A DNA stretch of 64,000 nucleotides from Psammoneis japonica (Eukaryota). The position numbers and the translations under genes were made by a program. Below, one piece after another: positions 36,149 through 47,899 of the stretch (the first letter of the stretch is position 1; every line of letters begins with the position of its first letter). The notes beneath the pieces were generated by a model. It searched no databases and was not told where the DNA came from. It saw only the letters and a program-made list of their open reading frames with translations. The DNA is taken from NCBI GenBank assembly GCA_008632985.1, contig QPGO01000013.1:496001-560000 (forward strand), read 5' to 3'.

Positions 36149-39100
36149 ACGTTGGTGGCATCATCTCCAACTTAAAGAGTTTCATTTCATGCACAATTGT
36201 GCTTGACCCAGAATGCAATTTCCAGGTGGCAAAGTGCTGCTCTTGATGAAGATCTTGGACAGTGATCATTGTCTCCCTGGTGCTGTTGCTGCAACAGTTG
36301 CCAGCAGCGTGAAATGCAGTTGCCAGCAGCATGAAATTTTGCAACGACACACTGCTGTTCACGATCAATGACATCCATCCATTCCAATTCAACTGACATT
36401 TCAGCCTTCTCCATGGCTTCTTGGATCTCAGGAGCCATGCGCTGTTTGGCTTCAATGCACAGCAATTTTACAAGCTTGACTTCCTTGGCTGGGTTGATGG
36501 GCACCAGAACCAATGCATCCATCTGAGTGAAGGTGGCCTTCATGGATCATTTTAACTTTCTTGGCACCTCTTCACATTCTTCTTCTTCATCATCTTCTTG
36601 CAGAGCAATGGTTCCTTTTCAAGCCTGGCTTTTGCAAACTCAGCCTTCAACTTTGGAGTTCTGCATCAGCTGATGCAGCTGCCAGGTTGTCTTTGTCATT
36701 GTTGGTGGCATTGCTGTTGTCAACAGCAAACAATTCAACAGATGACTCTGAGCCATCATTGTTGTCATTGCCATCATTGTCATCACAATGACTGCACCTG
36801 GAGGGGTGAGTTTCAAGGCATTCTGCTGTGGGAGTGCAGCAAGTTTGCTCCACAGTGGCTCACTTTGAATGCCACGGCCACTTCTGTGCCCTGACTCGGA
36901 GCCAAAAATTTGGCCAAAATCTTGTTTGTGTCCTTGGCAGCCAGCTGCACAAAATCATGATGTCCACTCGTGCAGCAACACATTCCACCACACAAGCACA
37001 AAACCAAATGCATGGAACTTTCTTTCTGAGTGTTGCAGTCCAAAACAGTGTGTCTTCCAGCTGCTTGCCCACAAATGTTGTTCTCTCTGCTGATCAGTGG
37101 GCCACACACCTTCTTGGGAGATTGGAGCATGTGCATGGCCTCTGCAATCACAGCAGATGGCTGGACAAACAAATCAATTGTTTTGCCCATGAACATTTTG
37201 ACAAACATGGAAATTCCAGCATCAAAGGAAGTGTGCAGGGTCATGGACCACACAGACCAAGGTCATGAACAATGAGAGAATCATCAGGGCCATCACCTTG
37301 AGACCAGGTCTTGTTGCTTGTGCTCCCATTGACATCATCTGAGGATCAGATTGACAGATGACAGACTGTGGGCTTGGTCTTCATCTGGATTGCTGAGCCA
37401 TTTGCACACTTGTGAAAAAGAAAGAAAGCATGGTGAGTGTGTTGACACAGTGCATGATCCTGAGAGATGTGAAACACACTCTCACTCAAATTGACAATGC
37501 ACCACCATTTTTAGGTTGAGAGCAGTTGGAAGGCTCAAAGGAAGCTCAGTGGTTTGAGAATTTTTCTTTTTGCTGGCCTTGTTTATCTTCTGAGTTTTGC
37601 CTGTTGGGAGAGCAAAGTGGGCAGGTTTCTTATGATGCAAGCTCTCCTGATGTGATGCATTTGCACAGATGATTTTTTGGTGGCAGCACAGATCAACACC
37701 AACTTGTGCAGATGCACACTCATTGGCATGGCTGACAGAGACCATGTGCACTGCCACAAGAAGAAATGACATCATCAGAAAAAAGGCTTGTCTGTCATGG
37801 AGTGCACTCACAATGCAAACTGGTTGAATGACAGTCATCAAGCTGCCACAAAAGGAGCAAGGAAAGTGCTCTCACTGCAAGGACAGAAAAGAGAAAACAA
37901 GCTCACCAGCGGCAGGTTGCACGGGGCATTCATGGAGTCAGCACTGTGGCATGGGGCATTTGCAGAGTTGGTGCTGCAACATGGGACAATCAGAGAGTTG
38001 GAGTGTTGTCACCCTTCTGTGTCCTTGGAAGAGGAGCACTCAAAAAATGACAACAACGTTGGTTGCTGATTGTCTCAAAGTGTGACAAGAGCAATCTTTT
38101 CCTCTCGTGGATTTGCTTTCACTGACTTGGGGCCAATGATGAAAAACAAGAATGAGCACAACAACAAAGAGGGGCAGCAAGAGGCAACAAGGCATCAGCT
38201 CTCACTGTTCATTCTTTTGTTGGTCTTTTTGTCCCATGACATGTGTCCCCCCCTGCCCTGCCCTTGCCTGGACTAGAAACAGATGGGTGCCGCAAGACGC
38301 AGTTGGGGTTTTGGGCTGACCACTTTCAAAATGACCAAATTTGCAAGTGGTCTTTGGTGTGCACAAAGAAGGAGTGTTCAATGACTTTCAAAGGCTTCAG
38401 AATTTGCTCAAATTCTGCTTTGTGCACAAATGCAAGACATGCCAAATTGTGAATTGGTCATTTTTTGGTTTGAAAATGATTGGCTCCTGGCCAGTCAATT
38501 GGCCACTTCTTTGTTTTGAGGTTGTTGCCACCCAGTTGCTTTTGTCTTTCAATTGTTCATCTCTGTCCATGTGGACATGACAGCACTTCTTTTCCATTGA
38601 GATGATGGATTTTTGGATTGTGTGCTTTTTGCATGCAAACTCACTTTCGAAGATCAACCCCCTTGTTTCTGTCCTCACAAAGACAGCCACACAATGCAAG
38701 CCCAGATTGTTGCCACATTGTCAAAAAGCAATGTCTGACAACAACAATCTTTGGTTGTGATGCCTTGCACAGTCATTTGCAGTTTTTGCAGCAGAAGCCT
38801 GCTGAGAGCACCTTCTTGCTGGAGCCCTCTTGTGCACCTGAAGTGACCAAGGAACTCACTCACCAGCACCAACAATGTGCCCTTTGTTTTCCTGCCATCA
38901 AGCTTCTTCCCAAGACAAAGTCACACTTTCTTGTTGTCACTCTCTAGACAGAACCACACAAACCCAGCTGTCTCTGTGGCCAAAGTTGTTCTTGGCTCTC
39001 AACTGTCCTCCCCGGAGCTTGTGTGCAGTTGCTGCATTGTTGCACAAAACTGGGAACTGGGGCATCTGCATGCTCTGACTGACTCTTGGAGTTCTTTCAT

Positions 39101-40165
39101 CAACAAGCCCATCACAGGGAAAAGAAAGTTTACAACACACATCTCTCTCCGTGGAGTCAGCACATGAAACAGACCTCCCCCCTGCCTTTTTCTCATGCCT
39201 CAAGATGGCGGGCTCTGCTTGTGAAACACAGGCTGACCTCACCCAACAACCACCAAACCTCATCAACTCCAAATCAGCCAAAGAAACACCTTCCTTCAGC
39301 CAGCACCCTAAAAAATGTCAACAGCTTTGTCAGCCTCCTTTTTCTCCATGTCCTCATTGAGGTTTTTATCATCAGGGCAGCCATGGCAGAGCTTGAGAAG
39401 CAGGCCCACATGCCTTGATTCATCCCCAGCTTGCTTGACAAAGCACCACCAGCAAGAACAAGCAACCTTCCAAGACACCCAAGAAGCAACCACCAAGTTC
39501 CCCAACGGGGCACAATGAGGAGGAAAAGTGGCCTCTGTGTCAGACAAAAAGGAGTCTGTCTTCTTTGCACTCAAATGACCAGCCAGTGCTTCAGTGGACA
39601 GCATTGCTTGGCTTGCTTCTGTGGACAGGGAAACAAGGTCCAATTCTCTGGGCACCTGCAAGGATGTGGGGAATTGATTGCTGGCAGGTCAAGGTTCTTT
39701 ACTTTCAGACATTGTCAAGAGAGTCAGTTTTGACAATGACAAAGATCAAAAGGAGAGTGGCTGCTGGTCCACCAGGACTTGTCCAATCACAGTGGATGAA
39801 AACACCACTGAATCACACTTTCAACTTTGTCAGCTTGTCAAAAGTTGGGGGTGACAAAGCACAACAAAGACAACAAGAAGCGCAACACAGAGCGTGTTGA
39901 TGACGATGACAAGCTGTTCAACGCTGCACTGCACTCTCCAACCCACTGCACCCAACCACTTGTGAAGGCTGTCCCTGCAGTTGTCAAGTTGATTGGAGTG
40001 GTGTGTGATGGTGAAAATGATGCTGACGAGACATTTTGTGATGCTGGCATGATGGGTGTGTTGCTGAGCCCTTGGTTTGTGGGCAATGAACATCCAAACG
40101 AAGCCCAAGAGCATTGTGGATGCCCTTCTCCCTTGGGGTGTTGAGTGCAATGTCACTAGTCAACA
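36100..40165. other. CpG/TpA-depleted degenerate domain 2
   Basis: Same dinucleotide signature as domain 1. Confidence 0.9.
36950..37225 (-). pseudogene. Degenerate ubiquitin-like domain gene
   Basis: MFVKMFMGKTIDL...GKQLED...LDCNTQKESSMHLVLCLCGG vs ubiquitin IFVKTLTGKTITL...[28 protein letters not shown]; frameshifted. Confidence 0.85.
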
Positions 40166-40478
40166 GCATCGAATGTTTTATCTCAGTTTGAAGACAATGA
40201 GCGAGACACAGCCGCCGTTCAGCGAAGCGTCCAATCCAGCTGCCGGCACGTGACGAATCGCATGTGGTCTCTCAGCGAGAGTCTGTCAACCCATCCGGTG
40301 CGCGGTTCCCAAATATGACGGGAACGAACTTATTTTTTTTGCAACCACCGACCACCGCACTGCGAGGGGAACACCATGCACCATGCATCAACCATCACCA
40401 CCACCGCACCGAGAAGAACCATTGATCATACCGGTACGGTAGTTCTTTTCTATTTTTTATCCCAACTTTTCTTTAAGA

Positions 40479-42241
40479 ATGACCACTGCCGCTGCTGTCA
40501 ACGTTGGACAAGTTGTTGTCGTCCCGTACGTGAATGAGTCAGGTCTGCGACGTGAATCGACTCTGCAATTTATGGTGAGAGAGTCACACCCCGCCCTCTG
40601 GAACGTATTGGACGCGTCGAGCTGCCTTGTCGACGGTCCTCCAGGCTCAGGCAAGTCCACCGCGGTATGGCTGTGGCTGCTGGAACGAGTGCAACGTACA
40701 GGGAATGCTGCGCTATGGGTTCATTTCACAAAAGTGGGCTATATGCTTGCTGTCGTCATCAAACGTGCGGAGGAAGAGCGTCTACTGTTCAACAAGGTCC
40801 TGCGAAAGGACCCCTTTGATGATCACGAGGTACAAAAAGCTGTACGTGTATGCGTAGTGGACGGAGTTACGGCTGACAACAAAGACAAGGCTGGTGAGAG
40901 TTGGTATGTTTTCGGCATGGATCCCAGTGTCTACCCAAACTGTCATATGATTTGGGTATCCAGCCAGCAGCTTGTAATACCTGGAGAACATCTAACGGTT
41001 GTCAAAATGGAGAGGCACCTGTTTTTTTCGTGGGCGAAGGATGAGATCATTGCGTATGCGGCAACCTTTGACCCTGAAACAAGAAGCAATTTTGTACACG
41101 ACATTGTCTCCGGATTGCCAAGCCGGCGCCTTACGCCAGGAGAAGTCATTGATTTCGATCAAGCTGTTGCCATCAAAATGCACTACTGTGGATGCTCGGC
41201 TAGATGGATGTTTGGAATGACAATGAAAGAAGCAATAATAGACATAGAACTGCACTTGTCGAATGTGCACGATGCAAAACTGATTCAAGCTGGATTGTCT
41301 GGGGCTCGAGGGCTGACTGCCGTGAATCATATCATTGCGACGTATGAGTCTGACGACCCAGAACATCTGGGTCTCTTTAGTATTGCAAGTAACTTTATCA
41401 TGGAGAAAATTTCAGAGACCGTTGGACTAGAGGCCATACGCGTCATGTATTCAAGCCATTGGGTAAACAGTAACCCTTCTGTTCACGGATTTGTTTTTGA
41501 ATGGGACATTCTTACAAGGCTCGAAAAGTTCAAGTCGCTTACTCTCACTGATTTGCATGGTTCAAACACAACATGGAGCATCACTAAGTCAGTGCGCTTA
41601 AGTGATGTTATTTATCACGGCATTACAGCCGACAAAATGTTGGTCTACCCGGAAAAGTGGAATCACCCCGAGTTCGACGGGTTGTATATACATAGCGATC
41701 AAGGTGGTCTACACTTGGTGGCCTGGAATGCATCGGAAGCAACCACACACTCAGGAAGCGTGTCCAAGCTTGTCGTATTGTTGGAATCGCTTAGCCAACG
41801 AGAAGTGGGATCAATCAACTTTGTCAACGTCCGTTTCTTGTTTCTGGTGCCAGGCGAGACTTTGGCAACTTTCAAAATGCCCAGGAATTCTCATCGTTTG
41901 TTGGCGAGACAGCAGCTTGCGGCGCACCCCTGTGGTAGGGGAGAATATGGTGATGTCATGGTTACGTGGCAGTTTATATCTTATTCATTATATTTTTATA
42001 TAAATGTCCTCACATTTATTTATGCATTTGTACGAATTTTTACTTATGGAATATACACATTCGTGTGGATATTAAGATTGAAACTCAACGCACGGCGAAG
42101 CCGTGCGCACACAACCACGCACACACACAGAGCTCCCCTGCCACAGGGGTGCTTGCGGCGTGGTCTTTTGCCGACTTTAACGCGGACGCTGACCTAAGGA
42201 TGGATCGATGTTTGGCGGTCGATTTTATTTGGAGCTCGTAA
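40479..42241 (+). CDS. Crinkler/CR-like P-loop NTPase with a probable restriction-endonuclease-fold C-terminus; interrupted near the 3' end by a TIR element
   Basis: Walker A GPPGSGKST, Walker B-like VCVVDG, GCSARWMF, GFVFEW, YPEKWNHPEFDGLY. Removing the insert and one TSD copy gives ...QQLAAWSFADF...FIWSS* ending at 42241. Confidence 0.7.
41925..42151. mobile_element. 227-bp non-autonomous TIR element (MITE) with 9-bp TSD
   Basis: TIRs CACCCCTGTGGTAGGGGAG / CTCCCCTGCCACAGGGGTG (18/19 match). TSD CTTGCGGCG at 41916-41924 and 42152-42160. AT-rich interior. Confidence 0.92.
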
Positions 42242-42261
42242 ATGTTTAAAAATAACCCGGA

Positions 42262-42566
42262 TTCTTCGCACCAACAATGCGCGCGTTCGCCAAAAATGTT
42301 CAGCGATGGGTCAAACTTTGTCCGTTCGCAAGATGTCAAGGTTCGGGATCTCTAGAACAAGCCAGTCAAACGCCAATTATCGGCCTTTCCTGGAAAGTTG
42401 CGGCTTGTCTACCATGAACAGTCCGATTCTGGCGAAAAACAGCAGTTCGTCGAATTTGGCAACCGCACCCAATGCGACAATCGGCGTTTGAAGGTTGACA
42501 AGTGTGGTTCATGTCAAGGTCTGCCAGCCCTGATGGGGGCTGGACACACACACAAGTGTTTGGGGG
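42262..42566 (+). repeat. Largely unmutated copy of the repeat at 13850-14160
   Basis: Alignment by eye; retains CG and TA in its left part. Confidence 0.8.
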
Positions 42567-42991
42567 GTGCTCAGATGCATCGCAAAATGACACGGGTGAA
42601 GTGCGAGCAAATTGCAGAATCACGAGCTGTTTGAAAAAAATGCCGCCAAACATCGATCCAGCCCCAATGATTGCAGTGTCAGTTGTTTTGTCACCCCCCA
42701 CTGTGCAGACCGGTTCAGTCCAGTGCACTTCCGATGTGGGCGCTGTGCGCCCCAGTCCGGACTGACCCATCTGACTGAATGACACCCCCTCCACGCAGAC
42801 AGGATTTTGTTGCACGTGACATCATCGCGCGCCCGCGTGACCACGACTTGAAGATTCTGTCTTGCGCATCCAATGCCCACACCAATCAAACCATCAAAGA
42901 CACAAAACCATCACCTCCCTGTCACCGTCTCTCTTGTCGTTGCCCTCTGCCGACACTGGACATGCGATGCGACACCACGACATCAGCCATG

Positions 42992-43429
42992 TGCAGCATG
43001 CATGCAGACAAAAGGTCATTTTTGTCATGCCCTTTGTGACATTTAAAGGCTGCAACACGTCGCCGTGATGCATTGACTCTTGTTGGTGGCTGTGTGTTGC
43101 ACTCCTCCCCATGTGTCATGCGTCCATGCGGCTCTTTGCTAATGTGTGCTGACACTGCACGGTTTTGGCAGAACAGTGTGGGTGCGTGCGAAGGAACACA
43201 CAGAACTGCACAGAGTTTTGTGCATTCGACAGTGATCAACGTTGCTGCAGACAACTCCCACTCAGGGTTTCGAACCCCTGGCCTCCTGCCTGATGGTTGC
43301 GATGAACCACTCCGCTGTGAATTCACAATGCAGCATGCACGCAGACAAAAGGTCATTTTTGTCATGCCCTTTGTGACATTTAAAGGCTGCAACATGTCAC
43401 CGTGATGCATTGACTCTTGTTGGCAGCTG
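42992..43429 (+). repeat. 101-bp direct repeat pair (42992-43092 and 43329-43429)
   Basis: TGCAGCATGCA.GCAGACAAAAGGTCATTTTTGTCATGCCC... is identical except at YR dinucleotides. Confidence 0.92.
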
Positions 43430-43439
43430 CACATTGCAC

Positions 43440-44204
43440 ATGGCGACCACCCGTCAAAAAGAAAAAGAGAGTTCTGAAGAAGCACCAAGGGACTCCACGA
43501 TGATGGATGCTGCTCCTGATGGCAGCAACAAGTCGGGCGGCAAGGCACGTCTGTTTGTGTGTGTGTCCGCCCCAATCAAACTGGTCTGTTTCCTGTCTTG
43601 CTTGTGTCACGCGGTGACACGCGCGCGGTGACCTGTTTTAAATGAAATGCCCGGTGACCTGTTTTTTAAACAAAGCTTTCTTTGGTCAAAACCTTTTCTC
43701 TCTCTGCGTGCACAGAGGAAGGCCACCCCTGCCAATGCTGCCATTGAGCCCACAAGGAAGAGCGCCCGCAATGCTGCACGCCTCAAGGCCAAGGAGGATG
43801 CTGCCAAGGCTGGCAAGGGCAAGGGTGGCAAAAATGCCACCACTGCTGCTGCTGCTGCTGCAAGCAGTGCCAAGGCTGGCAAGGGCAAGGGCGGCAAAAA
43901 TGCTGCTGCTGCAAGCAGTGCCAAGGCTGGCAAGGGCAAAGGTGGCAAAAATGCTGCTGCTGCTGCTGCTGCAAGCAGTGCCAAGACTGGCAAGGGCAAG
44001 GGTGGAAAAAATGCTGCCACTGCCAGCAGCGGCAAGGCTGGCAAGGGCAAGGGTGGCAAAAACACCACCACTGCTGCTGCTGCTGCTGCTGCTGCAAGCA
44101 GTGCCAAGGCTGGCAAGGGCAAGGATGGAAAAAATGCCACCACTGCTGCTGCTGCTGCAAGGGGGTGCCTTTTCCAAGCAAACCTTCATTTGATCCTCAA
44201 ATGA
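43440..44204 (+). pseudogene. Probable two-exon gene remnant encoding Lys/Ala/Gly tandem repeats
   Basis: Exon 43440-43544 (MATTRQKEKE...SGGK) joins in phase to 43716 (RKATPAN...) after a pyrimidine tract and CAG. The donor reads GCACGT. Confidence 0.5.
43803..44160 (+). repeat. Six tandem units GCCAAGGCTGGCAAGGGCAAGGGTGGCAAAAATGC-(TGC)n-AAGCAGT
   Basis: Directly visible; translates as AKAGKGKGGKN(A/T)nSS. Confidence 0.95.
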
Positions 44205-46200
44205 CAAAAATCCAGCTGACATGAAAACAGGAAGCTCAAACAAGGCGTGGGTGCAGCCCAGCAGCATCAACGCCGCCACATCTTGGAGGATGACAACACG
44301 CAACTGTTTCAAGAGTCCAACAAAGGCACATGCCATGGGGTGCTCCGGGCAAGTCACACTCCTTCTGCCATGCCTTCCAGCCAAGGAAAGATCTCCTTCT
44401 GCAATTCATCTGAAGGCTGACAGAGGGCACGTGAAACAAAGTGGGTTCCAGGCTCCTTTGCGAAGCCAGCTGCAACCCTCATCGCCTGGAATTGTTTGGT
44501 TAAAACAAAATGTGAGTTTTAATTAAAAGTGAAACAGGCCACACGCAAGTGCAACAACTCACCTTCAAGGGCAGCTTTGTGGAGTGGTGAGCATCAAACA
44601 CACTTGGGTCCCAATTTCCAAGAGCTTTGATGAGATGAGACTCCAGCTCCTCCAACTCTAACTCAACTGTGTCTCCAACATGTCCAAAGTGCAAACTGCA
44701 GTTGATGAGCAGGTCAAGCCATTCTTTCAAATGATCAAACCAAGCAGTGTAAGATGACGGAGACATGCACTGTGTGTTGGGTGAATTGGTGCCATCTCCA
44801 GAGGATGTGCCAGCCTTTTGAACGTCCACAAGGAGCTTGATGTTCCACCATGTTTCCTTCCATTTGAGATTAATCTTCTCCCATTCCTTGCTGATCTCAA
44901 AGCGTCCTGTGTTCAAAAAGAATTCCAGCAACAGTTTGCCCAATTAAAACGTTTTGTAAAGCCAAAACAATCAGATGTGGTTGGATGCGCACTGAGCAGA
45001 TAAAGACCCAGTGCACCAATGGAGTCCATTCTCACATCTCTGTGTCACATGACATGGCCAAACAGCGTGCTTTTGCCATTGGTTTTGCCTGTGAACATCT
45101 GCATGATGAGCACCAGGTGGGCCTGTTCCTCCTTCCTTGCCTGATGACTGAAGCTGCGAAGATCACTCAGGTCAGCCTTGAGGGGAGACTCCCCACGGGA
45201 AATGGCTTGCTTTGTGTGCAGCATGAAGAAACGGTTGCACAGAGCAACTGTTCCATTCAGCAATGTCCCAGAAGAATGTTCCCAGCAACCCTCCTCCAAC
45301 TCTGGGAAATGCTCATGGGCCAGGCAGGGCGACATGTCACCAGAAACCTGACCGGGTTTGAGGTGGACAACACAGCACAGGTCAGCGGTTTTAAATGAAA
45401 ATGTGAAACACATTTTGATCAAGACTCACCTTCTCATCCATCTGTTTCCATTTCTCTTGTGCTTTCCTGGACTTGACAAGCCTCTTGAGATGTCTGATGC
45501 TGCTGGAATTTTCACAACGAAGCAACACAGCAGGATCTCTGCCATGTGTTTCAAGCTGATGAACAAAGAGTCGTCCAAGGGATGCACAAGCCTGGTTGAC
45601 AACATCCCACTGGCACAGCTTGTTGGGTTTGCTGACACCAGCTTCTGTCTGGTCAAGCAGCTCAGTCTCGTTTGGAATGTCCACTGCATCAGTCAAGGGA
45701 TTGCTGGCTGTCACCCTTTCAAAGAGCTCAACATCAAAGATTGGCCTGGTCTCTCCCTTCTTTGCCCTGCCCCTCTTCTTTTGTTGGCAAAAGGCACAAC
45801 GGAACAGGCAAATGAAGGCTTTTTGCTCATCAATCAAATGCTTGGTGTCTCCCAATGAGGCATGCTTGTGGTTGCATGTTGTGCAGAACTGGCTCTCGTG
45901 TCTGCCAGAACAATTTAATTAAAACAGGGGAGAGGGTCAGACAAAAACTTTAATTAAAACACATCATCAAAATGCAGGTGTGACAAGGGTTCAATTAAAA
46001 CTTGCACCTTCATTGCTTTCTTTGTGTTGTTGTCTTTGTTGCCCAGGTCATCGTGCATGTCACGCACCAATCTTGACTGCTGAGCAAAAGCGTCAGAGGT
46101 GAGCTCATTGGAAGCCCCCATTGCAGCCATCCCAAGAGTGGCTGTGGAATTGACAACAGGGTCTCTTGGCATTTTGGACCGGTCATTGTGATGCAATGCA
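44200..46200 (-). mobile_element. Degenerate Crypton-like tyrosine recombinase (Ndc10 domain II-like) element with introns
   Basis: MFTGKTNGKSTLFGHVM..H, LHFGHVG...IKALGNWDPSVFDAHHSTKLP and LLKQLRVVILQDVAA...HALFELPVF fit the Crypton/Ndc10 pattern. GTGAGT donor near 44560. Confidence 0.7.
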
Positions 46201-47899
46201 GAACAGGCTGACGACGCCAACAATGACGGCGGTGCTGTTGTTGTTGTGGTTGTTCTTCTCGTGCATGGTTGCAGGGAAGCCACTTGAAAAGGAGTCCTGA
46301 GATGGAATCCCGATGTCCGGCGCTGCGTGGCATGCAATCTTGACGTCAAGTGCTGAGCCCAGCGAAACAACTGCAATTGTTTGCACAAGTCTTGTAAAAC
46401 AATTGGATCATTTTTACAAAATTGCTTGGGGCCCCACATCACCAGTCCGGTCCGGGGCCGGTCCGGACCGGCCGGTCTGCTGAACACAATGAATGAAAAC
46501 ATGCAAAGAATGATGCACAGACGTGCACCAATTTTGGTTGTCGATCGCGATTGATGAATGATTCGCCAATTGCAAGCTGATTGGGCATGATTTTTACAAT
46601 GTTTGCACCACTTCTTGCAGACGCAGGTCTCTCACCCCTTCATTTGTCCGGTGTCCAGTCTGACTTCAAACCACATCCCTGCAGGTGCAACCATCAGGGA
46701 CGACCGTTGGGGAGCCCCCCTTCATTTTCCAATGGATGGCTCACAGTTTTTTCACAGCAACTTTCTTCATTCCTTTGCAACTCAATTGTCAACATGTTCC
46801 CACGCACAACTCTTGCTGCAGTGTGGTTTGCCTGTGTCAGCTCACCCTTTGGGTGTTCCAAAAAAAGCATCTTGAGGGAGCCTGGTCAACATCAGAGGCT
46901 GCAGTGCAGTGGTTTGCACTTTCCTTTGTAAATTTTTTAATGTGCATTGTCAAAATTGTTAACAAGCAGAATTTAAAAAATGCCAGCAAAAGTGCTCAAC
47001 AACATGCAGCTGTTTTTTGCATTTCATCTGATGTCTCATTAACTTTTCTTGCACAAACTTCAATCAAATGCATGCAATGTTCAATTTAATTGGGATCGAC
47101 ATCTGTTTTTTGTGGTGCATGGTTTAGTTTCCTTTCAATCGCAATCAATTTGAACTTGGTTTTAACTTTGTCCTCCTCACTCATGTGTGCATGTCTTTGC
47201 ACATGTGCAGTCTGCTGCACATGCAGCACTTCACACACGCACGTGACCCACCTTCATTTTTCTTCATGTTTCCCAGATTTGCACAGCCCGTTGGTCTGCA
47301 GCATTTTCAGCACATTTTTTGCATGCGCAATTTTCTGCACACTTCATGATGGCACACCCTCACCCCAAAAGTTGAAAAACGAGAGCGTGCGCTGTTGTGG
47401 TTCATGTGGATCCTGCGTGTGATCGCAAATCTGCAAATCGACAACCGGCCATGGTGGTGAAAGACTTCACCCCATTGGCCGATGACAGCAGCTCAATGCA
47501 TGGTGAAACCTGCTGTCCTTCTGGCTGGTCAAGATGGGTTTTGATTCAGGCACAGCTTGAGTTTCATGATGCGACTGTGCTGTCACGAATCCACCATGTC
47601 GAAGAATCATCATGCCGAGCTGGCATGTCATCATGTGCACGCACATCACAAACTTTTCTGCAGCATTGGCAAATCATGCATGTCAGAGTTTTGCATCCAG
47701 AGTCATTGCAAGTGGCCACAAATGACGCTCTTCAAACAAGGCATGTGCAAAAAGAGGTTCATTGGTTTTTGATGCGTTCATGCCAACAACGCATCCGTCT
47801 TCTCCAATTTTTATGTCCAGATCCAGAAAGACGACCGCAGATGTGCTGTGGCCACTGTTGTTGTTGCCATCGTGTTGTTGTTGCTGTCACCATTGTCGT

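Noticed and set aside
41925..42197. Hydrophobic C-terminal TM segment of the 572-aa ORF
   Set aside because: It is read-through into the AT-rich MITE, not the native C-terminus.
43803..44160. CRISPR-like array or functional silaffin gene
   Set aside because: Spacers are variable-length (TGC)n rather than unique. There is no signal peptide, and the sequence lies in mutated DNA.
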